Below, in pieces: positions 50,802 through 60,933 of a DNA stretch of 64,000 nt (positions within the stretch are counted from its first letter, which is position 1; every line of letters begins with the position of its first letter). A program made the translations under genes and the position numbers. The DNA is from an uncultured Desulfospira sp. (GTDB lineage Bacteria > Desulfobacterota > Desulfobacteria > Desulfobacterales > Desulfobacteraceae): NCBI GenBank assembly GCA_963663165.1, contig OY760175.1, forward strand, positions 2,464,001 to 2,528,000. Direction: 5' to 3'. Below the pieces are notes generated by a model. That model saw only the letters and a program-made list of their open reading frames with translations, did not search any database and was not told where the DNA came from.

Positions 50802-52934
50802 TTAATTTGTTAAGCCGGGGATAAGGCTGTTCAATACCCCCTTGGCCTGTTCTTTAACGCTTTTGCTGCTCGTGCCCGATCCCGAGCCTCCCTGAATCAG
50901 GCTTTTGAGACTATCGGCATCCGGGAGCTGGCTCTTGAGCAATTCTTCCAGGTCCACCCGGATTTTGGGCTGGGCAAAGGTTCCGGTTATCAGAACCGGC
51001 ACTGTAAGGCCAGACCTGTCTTTGGTATCGCCCTGCCCTTTAAGGGTAGCCACAAGCTTGGTGTCAACCTTGAAATCAAGGGTTTCTTTAATCAACTGGG
51101 CCTTTCCGTTTGTCGCTACCCTGAGCAGCGGCGAAACAAGGCTGGCGTCAGTTACCGTGGCAGTGCCCTTTCCTAAGGAAAAGGGAATACTCAATTCGCT
51201 GAAATCGGTTCTGGGCTTCTCTTCAACGGTTTCGGAAAGGCCGACCTTTGCGCCTGCATTCCGGACCATATTGGCCAGATCCACCCCCACAATAGCGCCG
51301 TCAGTAAACCGCAGCTGCCCTTTTCCGCTTACGGTTTTTTTGATCATGTCAGGGGTCTCCCCTGTCATGGCAAGTTTCATATCTGCGGCCAGGGTGCCCT
51401 CAATAACATCCACGGCAGCGGCGGCTTGGACCAGGGGGGCGGCCTGGATATTTTTGGCATCCAGCTCAAACTGTGTTTTAGGGGTGTTTTTTCTGATGTC
51501 CAGGACACTGCTTGCGGCCACGCTGCCCTGGTACAGGCTCAACGATACGGGCGCAAGCTTGAATACCCCGTCTTTGCCCTGAACCTGGGCCTTAAGAGAT
51601 TGGATGATGACATTGGCTGCTTTAAGCTTTCCTGCAGAAAGTTTTCCGTCCACCACCATCTGCCGAAGGGCTGTATAATCCGTGCCGGTTTCTGCCGGCT
51701 CTTTTTCTTTTGCAGAAACAGGAGCCGTTTTTGCTGAAGCTGCTTTTTGCTGAGCGGTCTTGGTTTTGGTCGTTTTTTGGGTGGCTGATGCGGTTTCAGT
51801 CCCGGCGGTTTCCTGGTCCTGGTCCGTCTGGGGCAGATACCGGTCCAGGTCAATTTGATCCAGGGCCAGGTCAAATTGGATATCCGGCTTGGCATACTCT
51901 TTTACCCGGGCGGAGAATTTCAAGGTGGAATCATCCAGGGTCAACACCCCGTCAGACACGGCCACCTGACCGGCATCGGCCTTAACTTTTGTCTTGAGGG
52001 AAACCGAATCCAGAACCTTGGGATCTGATGTTTCCATTGGCAGGGACATGCCTAACCCGGCCATCAGGTTCCGGGGTGAAAACGAATCCACTTCAACAGA
52101 AAGGTCGGCCCCCGGATTTCCGGCCGGATCTGTTATGGCCCCTTTGAGCTTACAGACCAGAAGATCCAGGGCTTTTAAGGTGATATTCAAGGGGATATCC
52201 CCTTTCCCCGGCTCTTTTCCAACGGGCCCTGCCTCACCGGACAGGGAAAGGGGTTTTCCATCCAGCTTAACAGACAGTTCCACGGGAATGGGTTTATCCA
52301 GGCTGATATTTTCAATAACCACGCGAAAATCCGTAAGCTTTTTGTCCACCCCGCCGGCAGGGTCCACATAGTGCACCAGGCCGTTGACAATGGAAAAATT
52401 TCTAATGGTCAACGCCTCAATGGGCAGACTGCCGGATTCGGTCTGTTCCTGTTTTTTTTCTGTAGGTTCGGCTTCTTTTTTTACTGTGGATTCTGTTTTA
52501 GGTGTCTGCTTCCTGGTCTGATCTTGTGCTGTCTGGCCCAGATTTTCCCAGTTGCCTTTTCCGTTTTTGTCTTTTTCCAGATAAATTTGGGGAGAATCAA
52601 TCAGAAAGGTTTTAACCTCTATCTGCTTTGACAGCAGCGGCATGACCTTGAGTCTGACCTCGAAGGTCTTTATGGTCACCATGTCCAAAGCACTGAACCC
52701 TTTGGGATTTCCCAATTTGAGATCCGAAAGCTTAACACCGACCCAGGGGAACACCGACAAGTCCATGTCATCACCAATGGAAAACGGCCGGCCGGCCTGC
52801 TCGGAAACCAGCTGCTCAATTTCGGGCTTATACTGCTTGATATCCACGAACCGGGGAATCAGCATCACTGCCCCGGCCACCAGCAATATCAGGCATCCCA
52901 ATGCGATCAATCCCCATTTTATGATCCCCTTCAT
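50802..52934 (-). CDS. AsmA family protein
   Basis: N-terminal TM, LSVFPW, PLLSK, GNWENL, DLDRYLP, TDFSEL. Confidence 0.85.
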   Translation of the reverse strand: MKGIIKWGLIALGCLILLVAGAVMLIPRFVDIKQYKPEIEQLVSEQAGRPFSIGDDMDLSVFPWVGVKLSDLKLGNPKGFSALDMVTIKTFEVRLKVMPLLSKQIEVKTFLIDSPQIYLEKDKNGKGNWENLGQTAQDQTRKQTPKTESTVKKEAEPTEKKQEQTESGSLPIEALTIRNFSIVNGLVHYVDPAGGVDKKLTDFRVVIENISLDKPIPVELSVKLDGKPLSLSGEAGPVGKEPGKGDIPLNITLKALDLLVCKLKGAITDPAGNPGADLSVEVDSFSPRNLMAGLGMSLPMETSDPKVLDSVSLKTKVKADAGQVAVSDGVLTLDDSTLKFSARVKEYAKPDIQFDLALDQIDLDRYLPQTDQDQETAGTETASATQKTTKTKTAQQKAASAKTAPVSAKEKEPAETGTDYTALRQMVVDGKLSAGKLKAANVIIQSLKAQVQGKDGVFKLAPVSLSLYQGSVAASSVLDIRKNTPKTQFELDAKNIQAAPLVQAAAAVDVIEGTLAADMKLAMTGETPDMIKKTVSGKGQLRFTDGAIVGVDLANMVRNAGAKVGLSETVEEKPRTDFSELSIPFSLGKGTATVTDASLVSPLLRVATNGKAQLIKETLDFKVDTKLVATLKGQGDTKDRSGLTVPVLITGTFAQPKIRVDLEELLKSQLPDADSLKSLIQGGSGSGTSSKSVKEQAKGVLNSLIPGLTN

Positions 52935-53150
52935 TTGGTTTCCTCCACTTTTTTGCGATAGGTTTTTTACTTGAAAGGCTATTTAATGACAGGATAACTC
53001 TACCATGATCCGCCATTTTTTCAATGGGGTTTTCTGTTAACCGATCTGTGCGGCTATTGAATTCCTAATCAAATTCTAACGTTAGATCTTCATTTTTGGT
53101 ATTATAGTATAGCCATGCCGCCTTTCATAAGCCTTCATAAGGAGAAACCA

Positions 53151-54869
53151 ATGAAACCATATTGCGAAAACCGGGTGGTCCTGTGGGCCTGTGTTCTGAT
53201 CACGGCCCTGTCGCTGGTCACCGGCTGCTCAGACAATGCCCCGGACCGGCAACAGCAGCAAAGTTCCGCCGCCTCCGGGAACGGTTCTTCCCCTGCCAAT
53301 GATTCGGGGCCGTTTGTTGTGTATGCCGGATCAGAAATGAGCGGGCTTGAACCCATGATCAAAAAATGGGCCGATAAGAAAGGCTTTCATATTCAGATTC
53401 ACTACAAAGGGTCCATTGACATGATGCGCATGATGCAGGATGGGACCGGCAGCCCGGCCGATGCCTACTGGCCGGCCCATACCATCTGGTTTATCCTGGG
53501 CGATACCAGCCATGCGGTGAAAAACAAACGAAGCATCATGGTATCCCCCATTGTGGCAGGCCTTAAGGAAAGTGTGGTCAAACGCCTGGGATGGGATCAA
53601 AAAAGCCCGGACATGGCGCAATTTCTGGCCGCCGCCAAAAACGGGGAATTCAAGTACGGCAAAACCAGTTCTACCCAGTCCAATTCCGGTGCACTGTTCC
53701 ATTTAGCGGCCTGGTGGGCCTTTGCCGGGAAGCCTGAAACCTGGACCATGGACCTGGTAAAAAATCCACAGATCCAGGCCCGGGTAAAGGAGATGGAATC
53801 CACGGTGGCGGCCACCTCCGGCAGCTCGGGCTGGCTTAAATCCAAAATGGTGGATGATGCCGCCCGCCTGGACGGCATGATCAATTACGAGGCCATGATT
53901 TCAGAGGCCAATATCGGGTGGACCACTATTGACAAAAAAACCGGAAAGGAAGTCCACCACCCCGGCCTTATCAAAAAAGGCCTGGAACCCCTGCACGTGG
54001 TCTACCTGTCCGATGCCACCATGATGGCCGACCATCCTTTGGGATATGTGGACAAGGGGGATGGGGGGAAAGAAAAAATCTTCAATGAACTGCAAGCCTA
54101 TCTGCTGACGTCTGATGCCCAGAAAGAAATGATCCGCAAAGGGCGAAGGAACAAACTTCTGGGCATGGATCCATCCCTGGCCGATAAAAAGGCCTTTAAT
54201 CCCCGGTACGGATTTGACGCGGCCCGGGTGATTGCCCCGATCCAGCCCCCCAGGGAAGATGTGCTGACCGCCATTCTTGACCTGTACCAGGAAGAGGTCA
54301 GAAAGCCGTCCGCCACCTTCTGGGTGATTGACGATTCCGGCTCCATGTACAACAACAACGGTAAAGAGGCGGTCCAGCAGGCCATGGCCATTCTGCTCAC
54401 CCCGGATAAGGCAAAGGCGTATAAGCTTCAGCCCACGGCCCGGGATATCCATGTGGTCATTCCCTTCAGCGATGTGCCGGGCAAGCCCATCACGGCCCAG
54501 GGCAAGGACCCGGCGGTGCTTGCCGCGTTGATGCAGAACATCAACACAATGAGTTTAGGCAATGGCACCGATATGTACGCCGGGGTTGTGGCGGCCCTGA
54601 TCTACATCAAGCAGCATGAAGATCAGATCAAAGACCATTTTCCGGCCATTGCCGTGCTGTCCGACGGCAAGTCCAAAGGGGATATCAATACCGTTGCCGC
54701 AGCGGTTCAGCGCCTGGGGCTTGATTATGTTCCCATATTCACCTTGAGCTTTGGCAGCGAGGCGGATGAAACCCAGCTCAAGGAGCTTTCGGCCTCATTC
54801 GGGGGACGGTATTTTTCTGGGCAGCATGATGTGGCCGATGCGTTCAGGAAAATGAAAGGCTACAATTAG
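53151..54869 (+). CDS. Lipoprotein: solute-binding-like domain plus C-terminal vWA
   Basis: Lipobox VTGC, SNSG, YEA, DHP; MIDAS DDSGSM, GTDMY, LSDG. Confidence 0.85.
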   Translation: MKPYCENRVVLWACVLITALSLVTGCSDNAPDRQQQQSSAASGNGSSPANDSGPFVVYAGSEMSGLEPMIKKWADKKGFHIQIHYKGSIDMMRMMQDGTGSPADAYWPAHTIWFILGDTSHAVKNKRSIMVSPIVAGLKESVVKRLGWDQKSPDMAQFLAAAKNGEFKYGKTSSTQSNSGALFHLAAWWAFAGKPETWTMDLVKNPQIQARVKEMESTVAATSGSSGWLKSKMVDDAARLDGMINYEAMISEANIGWTTIDKKTGKEVHHPGLIKKGLEPLHVVYLSDATMMADHPLGYVDKGDGGKEKIFNELQAYLLTSDAQKEMIRKGRRNKLLGMDPSLADKKAFNPRYGFDAARVIAPIQPPREDVLTAILDLYQEEVRKPSATFWVIDDSGSMYNNNGKEAVQQAMAILLTPDKAKAYKLQPTARDIHVVIPFSDVPGKPITAQGKDPAVLAALMQNINTMSLGNGTDMYAGVVAALIYIKQHEDQIKDHFPAIAVLSDGKSKGDINTVAAAVQRLGLDYVPIFTLSFGSEADETQLKELSASFGGRYFSGQHDVADAFRKMKGYN

Positions 54870-54990
54870 TGAACGACAATTCACCCATCTGCTGCGTTGC
54901 TGCAAAGATCTGCCATCCTCACAACCTGAAGGTTGCTCCGGTTGCAGATCTTTTTGCGCCTTGCATCTGGGCAAATTCTCGTCCTGACAT
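54869..54990. repeat. About 126-bp palindromic repeat, copy 2 (diverged)
   Basis: CACCCATCTGCTGCGTTGC...GGTTGCTCCGGTT...TGCGCCTTGCATCTGGGCAA. Confidence 0.8.
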
Positions 54991-55050
54991 AGCTGCATTA
55001 ATAAGGTTTTCCAACTGGAATAAACGCGGATTAGAGGAGATGGTGTTTTC

Positions 55051-55674
55051 ATGCAGGTAAACTGGAAAATGAATATGGTGATCAGCGCTCTGGTGACCGT
55101 GGGTGCCTATTTTGGGGCGGACGTTCTGCTTGAGTTTAAATGGTGGGTGGATGTGATCATCGCCTTATTTTTCGGGGGGATTGTTAATCAGCTGATCCTG
55201 CATGACAAAAAAGAGGACCATGAAATTGAGGTGGTGCCGGGCCTGACCCGAAAGGAACTCAAGGATGCCCTGGTTCTTGGCCGGGACTTTACCCGGAAAA
55301 TAAACCAGATTGGAAAGGGGCTGGAAAGTGCCCGCCCGGACACGGCGGCCAAAATCCATGACATTGCCGCCATGGTCTCTGAACTGTTCGTCAACTTTGA
55401 AAAAGACCCCAAGGATCTGGCCACCAACAATGCCCGGCGGCTGCTCAACGACCACCTGCCCCGGGCCCACAAGTTTCTTTCCACCTATGCCGGGCTTGCC
55501 GCAGCCGGCCGGCTTACAGAAAACGAGACCGCCAAACTGTCCACCATGGAAGGAAAAATCACCACCATCAAGGAGAGTTTTTCCCGTCATCTGGAGGCCT
55601 TTAGGAGCAACGATTTTACGAACCTCCAAGTGGAGGGGAAGACCATGGAAACCATTTACAATATAGACATATAG
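55051..55674 (+). CDS. XpaC-like (BCIP hydrolysis family) membrane protein
   Basis: Two N-terminal TM helices, DPKD..ARR...HLP...Y helical domain; operon with TelA. Confidence 0.7.
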   Translation: MQVNWKMNMVISALVTVGAYFGADVLLEFKWWVDVIIALFFGGIVNQLILHDKKEDHEIEVVPGLTRKELKDALVLGRDFTRKINQIGKGLESARPDTAAKIHDIAAMVSELFVNFEKDPKDLATNNARRLLNDHLPRAHKFLSTYAGLAAAGRLTENETAKLSTMEGKITTIKESFSRHLEAFRSNDFTNLQVEGKTMETIYNIDI

Positions 55675-55708
55675 CGGCTTTTATGAATCGGATACAGGAG
55701 AATAAAGG

Positions 55709-56809
55709 ATGAACAAAAAAAGCATGCTGGGCATTCTGCTGGCCCTGGTGGCCATTGCCGGAATAGCCGTATTCCAATTTCTGGGAGACAGCGACATGCT
55801 CAAGGAGGTCAAGCTGCCTGACGCCATCACAGTCAAGGGATATGTGGGCGGCGAAAAAATGGGGTTTCTGGCCAATGACGCAGTGAAAAAGCTTCTGGAT
55901 AAAAAATACCGGATCACCATCGACGCCTATAAAAAGGGGAGTGTGGAAATGGTAAAAGACCCGGTTTACCGGACCCCTGATACCGACTTTTTCTGGCCCT
56001 CCAATTTTGTGTGTGTGGAATGGTTTAAAAAAACCGGGGGCAAATCCAAAGGGGCCGATGTGATTTTCAACTCCCCTATTGTGCTTTACTGCCCGGCAAA
56101 GGTGGCCGATGCACTGATCAAGATCGGGGTGGTGACTGTCCAGGAAAACGTCCATTACATTGTTGATTTTCCAAAGCTTGCGGATCTTGCCATCACCGGC
56201 ACCAAGTGGAAGGACATTGACCTTCCCATGATTCCCGGCAGCATCAAAATCCTGTCAACAGACCCGTCCGAGAGCAACTCGGGCAACATTTTTTTCGGCC
56301 TTCTGGCCAATGTGCTATACGGGGATGTGGTGAGCCCGGCCGCCATTGCCGATATCCTGCCCAAGATCAAATCCTACTATGACCGCATGGGATTCCAGCA
56401 AAAATCCTCAGGGGATGTGTTTGACCTGTTTATCTCCAACCCCTATACCTACCCGTTGCTGGTGGGATATGAAAACCAGCTCATTGAATATGCCATCCAG
56501 AACAGTGACGACTACAGCATTGAATTTTTGAAAAAAAATATCCGGGCCCTGTATCCCCAGCCCACGGTCTGGTCTTCCCATCCCCTGATCGCGGTAAATG
56601 AAAAGGGGGAACGGCTCATGGCCGCCCTAAAAGACGCGGAGATCCAGAAAATCGCCTGGGAAAAACACGGGTTCCGGTCCACCGTTAAAGGGGTGAGAAA
56701 CGACCCGACCAAACACAAGGTATCCGGCCTGCCCGAGGTGATCACCTCCATTATCCAAATGCCGTCAGCAGAAACCATGGACATTATTTTAGAGACCATC
56801 AAACCATAA
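55709..56809 (+). CDS. Membrane-anchored solute-binding-like protein
   Basis: GGEK, SPIVLY, TDP..SNSG, YENQ, HPLIA, HGFR; related to the N-domain of 53151. Confidence 0.7.
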   Translation: MNKKSMLGILLALVAIAGIAVFQFLGDSDMLKEVKLPDAITVKGYVGGEKMGFLANDAVKKLLDKKYRITIDAYKKGSVEMVKDPVYRTPDTDFFWPSNFVCVEWFKKTGGKSKGADVIFNSPIVLYCPAKVADALIKIGVVTVQENVHYIVDFPKLADLAITGTKWKDIDLPMIPGSIKILSTDPSESNSGNIFFGLLANVLYGDVVSPAAIADILPKIKSYYDRMGFQQKSSGDVFDLFISNPYTYPLLVGYENQLIEYAIQNSDDYSIEFLKKNIRALYPQPTVWSSHPLIAVNEKGERLMAALKDAEIQKIAWEKHGFRSTVKGVRNDPTKHKVSGLPEVITSIIQMPSAETMDIILETIKP

Positions 56810-56909
56810 AGAAGCGGTTAGCATTTAGCGGTTAGCCGCCACCCCGGCGACCCAACCCGCTAACCGCTAAAGGTACCGGCTAACAGCACTAAAAGAAAGG
56901 AGTCCCGCC

Positions 56910-58195
56910 ATGTCAGACAATGAATTTAACCTGCTGGATGAAATCAATGCCAGGAAAAACGCTCAGGCCGCGGCCCCTCAATCCCCGGCGGCACCCGCTG
57001 TTTCGCCTGAAGTCCCGGCAGCCCCGGCAGCCGCTGTGAAGCCCCCGCCGTTACCGGCCGATCCGCCTCAGAACCTGCCGGCCCCGGTCAACCTCAGCAT
57101 GCTGGAGCCCCCCAGCCCAGCGTGCTCACCTGGGACCAGCTGGATCAGCCCCAGCAGGCCAAGGCCCAGGAGTATGGAAGTTCTGTGGTGTTCCATGACC
57201 GGAACAGTGTGAGATTTTACGGGTACAACGAAGAAAAGGCCATGTCCGATTTCCTGGACGAGCTGCTGGATGGCATCAAAGCCAAGGATTCAGATCTGGC
57301 CGGCGAACTGCTCATTGCCCTGAACCGGAACATTGACGACCTTAAGCTCCAGAAATTCCAGGACATTCTGGAAGGCAAAGAGGGCGGCGGTTTTTTTGGC
57401 ATGTTCACCAGCAAGGCCAAAGAGCTGGCCAAGATGATCCAGTTTCTGGTGGACCGGCAAAAAAATGTCCGGGAACAGTTTGACAAAATGCAGATGCAGG
57501 CGGAAAGCGAACGGAACTGCCTGATCGAAGACAACACCAAATATCAGTTGCTGCTGGACCGGACCATCGACCAGATCACAGCGGTCATGCCCATCATCGT
57601 GGGCGGCCAGCTGGCCCTAAAGCGCGGGTTTGACGAGTTCAACGCCCTGAAGCAGCAGGCCACAGAACAGCCGGCCAACACCCTTCTGGCCTCCCAGGTC
57701 CAGGACTTTGCCAACAGCCTTGAAGCCTTTAACCACCGCCTGGTCAACCTCCAGATCTCCTTTACCAAGCGGGCCGCCACCACCATTCCCAAAATCCGGG
57801 CCATCCAGGATGCCCTGAACATAGAAATGGACAACCTGGTGGACAAGGTCATTTTTGTGATCCCGGCTTTGAAAGAGGCGGTGATCGATATTGTTACAAC
57901 GGCCCGGATCCGAAAACTCCAGCTGACCAGAAAAGAAGAAGAAGCCATGATGAAGCGGGTGGAAGACCTGCGCAACCGGACCATGAAAGATGCCATCCTG
58001 GAAGCCAAACGGTCTGAAGGGGATTATGCCACCAAGATCGCGCTTCTGGTGTCCATGAAAGATACCCTGGTGCAGATCTGCACGGAAGGCCGGAAAATTG
58101 TTGAAGAGAACCGGCAAAAACGGGTGGAAGCGGTTGAAAGCCTGAAAACCGTCAAACAGGAGATGGAAACGGCCTTAAGGGAAACGGCAGTTTAA
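56910..58195 (+). CDS. Toxic anion resistance (TelA/KlaA-like) protein, frameshift probably at the C6 run 57108-57113
   Basis: RBS and ATG at 56910, Pro/Ala-rich N-terminus; TelA-like coiled-coil body in another frame; one extra C joins them. Confidence 0.7.
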
Positions 58196-58221
58196 GCTGT
58201 TCTTTTACAAACCCGAAATAC

Positions 58222-58255
58222 AAAAAGGCGGGTCCCGAAGAAACCCGCCTTTTTT
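58222..58255. terminator. Bidirectional intrinsic terminator
   Basis: AAAAAGGCGGGT...ACCCGCCTTTTTT between convergent genes. Confidence 0.8.
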
Positions 58256-58277
58256 CTTATGCTGATGTGCATTTGGG

Positions 58278-58934
58278 CTATGTTAGATTTTTTCTCCTGT
58301 ACAGGCGGGCAAGCCCGAGCATGCCAAAACCCAAAAGAAAAAATGTTCCCGGCTCGGGGTTTGCGATGGGATCATCCCCGGTGGCGGAGGATTCATCTTC
58401 GTCAAGCCTTATAGAACCGATAAATGAACTGTCTTTAACACGGCCGTAGGTAAGGCTTACCGTCATGTCCGAAAATATACCGGTCGTTAAACTACCGGTG
58501 AGACCTGAAATATCTTCTGTTGAAAAAGATAAACGAGAACCCGTGCGATAGTTCAATGTCAAAGTGTCAAACTTTGCAGAAAGGTAAACAGTATCATTTT
58601 CATCAATAATCTTAAAAAAACCGCTGTATCCTGTGTATTCTGTACCATTAAAAGAGCCCTCAGCCACAAACTCAAACTTTAGTGCAGCACCATACAAATC
58701 TTGAAAATACTGCGCATCATCCTGCCCAATGTTTATGCCCGTGGCATTCGCGCTTATAAAAAAGTCTTTTCCAAGAGACCAATCCCATTTACCATCTTCA
58801 TCCCAGATATCTGTGTCAATCAACGCTTTCAAAGAAATGGTCTCAGCTGAAACCGTATTCAGTCCAAACAAAAGGCTTAAAGCTATGAATGCTATGATCA
58901 GACCATACTTTGGTTTTAAATTCCTGTTTAACAT
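58278..58934 (-). CDS. PEP-CTERM sorting domain protein
   Basis: Signal peptide; NPEPGTFFLLGFGMLGLARLYRRK. Confidence 0.9.
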   Translation of the reverse strand: MLNRNLKPKYGLIIAFIALSLLFGLNTVSAETISLKALIDTDIWDEDGKWDWSLGKDFFISANATGINIGQDDAQYFQDLYGAALKFEFVAEGSFNGTEYTGYSGFFKIIDENDTVYLSAKFDTLTLNYRTGSRLSFSTEDISGLTGSLTTGIFSDMTVSLTYGRVKDSSFIGSIRLDEDESSATGDDPIANPEPGTFFLLGFGMLGLARLYRRKNLT

Positions 58935-58954
58935 ATTGCATATCCTTTTGTGGG

Positions 58955-59533
58955 TTAAATATCAATTTTCCGTCGATACCCTGCAAACAACATCAGTCCG
59001 AATCCTATCAGTAACAGGGATGATGGTGCCGGTACTGAAGTTAACACAATTTCTATTTCTGCTGTTCCACTATAGTCCTGATCAAAACTAAAAGGGGTTG
59101 AGCCACCAACAGTCTCAAGCGCTATGTTCAAATAAAAATCCGTTTGAAATAAGTTGTCCCATTCTCCTCCGGTAATAGTATATTCAGGATACAGCTCGAT
59201 GATGCCAAAATCAGCGTAATCGAAATCATCATAATCAAGGTCTCCGTCCTGCGCCGCTTCAATCACAGTAGAACTTTCAAAGGTCAAGCTCATTGTATTT
59301 CCTGATCCCAGGACAGCTGTCAATGTGACCCTATCTCCCACCGCCAACAAATCAGGAAAGCTTGATAAGTCTACAGCAACGTCTGTAAAAGTAAGTGTTT
59401 TGCTATCACCATCATATCCAAAATTCCCTGCTAACCCAATACTCGTAGCAGTAGCAGCCCATGCGGAACCGGATAAGAAAATGCCGATTATCAGTGAAGT
59501 CACGATAGAAAAGCGTCTTACAGTTTGCAACAT
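58955..59533 (-). CDS. PEP-CTERM (VPAP variant) protein
   Basis: Signal peptide ending AWA; VPAPSSLLLIGFGLMLFAGYRRK; ATG at 59533 after GGAG. Confidence 0.85.
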   Translation of the reverse strand: MLQTVRRFSIVTSLIIGIFLSGSAWAATATSIGLAGNFGYDGDSKTLTFTDVAVDLSSFPDLLAVGDRVTLTAVLGSGNTMSLTFESSTVIEAAQDGDLDYDDFDYADFGIIELYPEYTITGGEWDNLFQTDFYLNIALETVGGSTPFSFDQDYSGTAEIEIVLTSVPAPSSLLLIGFGLMLFAGYRRKIDI

Positions 59534-59591
59534 AATGGTCTCCAAATTTAAAAAGATTAATTCTTTACGTTTAATTTCTAACATAAATCAA

Positions 59592-59607
59592 TGCAAACCT
59601 GATGCCA
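59592..59607 (-). promoter_or_regulatory. Sigma-54 promoter
   Basis: Minus strand TGGCATCAGGTTTGCA matches TGGCA-N6-TTGC. Confidence 0.8.
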
Positions 59608-59702
59608 AAGCAATAAAAAAATTAAAATTTGGCTATAACCCCCGATTGGCGGGACTTTCTACAAAAGATAAGAGACAAAGGAATTTAATAAATCTGATAA
59701 AT

Positions 59703-59764
59703 CTAGGAAAAAAATGTTATACCTTGAGAAAAAAATGTTATAATTCTAGGAAAATTATGACATA
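59703..59764. promoter_or_regulatory. Three phased 19-bp repeats, putative enhancer-binding-protein sites
   Basis: CTAGGAAAAAAATGTTATA, TTGAGAAAAAAATGTTATA and CTAGGAAAATTATGACATA at a 21-22 bp period, about 100-160 bp upstream of the sigma-54 site. Confidence 0.55.
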
Positions 59765-59841
59765 ACACCGAACTGCTCCAGGCAGGCCGCAATGGGGCGA
59801 TGAACACGCTTTCCAAGCTTATCCGGCCACCATATAGCATC

Positions 59842-59968
59842 GTGTTTGAACGAAAAGTCACCCATCGGCTGCGTTGCAGAAAAATTTGCAATCCTCACCC
59901 CCCCCCATGGTTGCTCCGGTTACAAATTTTTCTGCGCCTTGCATCTGGGCAATTTTTCCCCCAAACAA
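59842..59968. repeat. About 126-bp palindromic repeat, copy 3
   Basis: GTGTTTGAACGAAAAGTCACCCA...TGGGCAATTTTTCCCCCAAACA; close reverse complement of 32968-33093. Confidence 0.85.
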
Positions 59969-60002
59969 GGGATTTCCGTTCAGCCAGCAACCGAATAAAT
60001 GT

Positions 60003-60617
60003 CTAACGGTTTTCTCTTTCGTTAAAGCAGGGGATGCACAAAAGCTGCCCCCCGAAATGGCGGGTCCGGGTCTCCATGACGGTTTCGCCGCAGGCTTCGC
60101 ATACCATGGGGGCCAGGAGACGGGCCATTTTAGGGGCAGGCCCTGCAGGTTCTTTTACATCAAAAAGATCGGAAAGATCAGCGGCCATCACATCATTGGA
60201 GATATCGGCCCGGGTCTTCTTCCAGACCTTCATCTCTTCATCGGTGAGGCCGGTTTCCGTCATTTTCCGGTGCAGGTCTCCCAAAATCTTCCCGTGGTCG
60301 CCGTAAATGGTGGGCCGGCCCACCAGGCGGGCGGCCTTGCCGTCCTTTCTGCGGTAGAAGGTAAAGGCGTTTTTCCCGTAGTCCTTGAATATCAGGTTGC
60401 CTTTGCCAAAGGTGCAGCCGGTCAGAAACTGGATGGCATCCACACCGCACATATCGGTTTCCACCACGGCCACAATCTCTTCATCTTCGGACAGGCCGCC
60501 CATCTGGGTCAAGGCCCATTCAGCGGCACGGATGCCGATGGCAAGTCCGGGACACCAGTGGCCGTGGAAACGGATGGTCTGCTCAACAACTTCTTTGGTA
60601 ATGACGTTTTCACTCAT
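60003..60617 (-). CDS. FmdE family protein with C-terminal zinc finger
   Basis: FHGHWCPGLAIG, CGVDAIQ...CTFGKGNL, CEACGE...CIPC. Confidence 0.88.
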   Translation of the reverse strand: MSENVITKEVVEQTIRFHGHWCPGLAIGIRAAEWALTQMGGLSEDEEIVAVVETDMCGVDAIQFLTGCTFGKGNLIFKDYGKNAFTFYRRKDGKAARLVGRPTIYGDHGKILGDLHRKMTETGLTDEEMKVWKKTRADISNDVMAADLSDLFDVKEPAGPAPKMARLLAPMVCEACGETVMETRTRHFGGQLLCIPCFNERENR

Positions 60618-60852
60618 GATTCTCTCCCTGTACTGTGTTAACGCAAAAGTTTTAAATTTTATAAGAATTATCCTGAAAAAAGGATACCGTTAATCTTCAA
60701 TGTAATTGAATTTTCCGGGTGCCGGTTCAAACAGGCGTACGGCTCGCTATCGCTATCGGGATCGAAAAATTCGGTGCGCAGGCTTTTGTGTCCAACGGTT
60801 GACATGAGACCGCTTTATTTATCGTTTAAAAACAGTATATTATATAACCAAT

Positions 60853-60884
60853 GGTGGGCAACGCTGCGCTTTTGCCCACCCTAC
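60853..60884 (-). repeat. REP-like element (GTAG class)
   Basis: Minus strand GTAG-GGTGGGCAA-AAGCGCAGCG-TTGCCCACC; next to a CCCA(T/A)(A/G)T heptamer array at 60892-60934. Confidence 0.65.
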
Positions 60885-60933
60885 CGAGCTACCCAAATCC
60901 CATATCCCATATCCCAAGTCCCATATCCCAAAT

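Noticed and set aside
54869..55060. Small Cys-rich ORF (also 32925-33338, 59800-60006 and the start of 59874-60641)
   Set aside because: These are translations of the 126-bp repeat; no independent coding evidence
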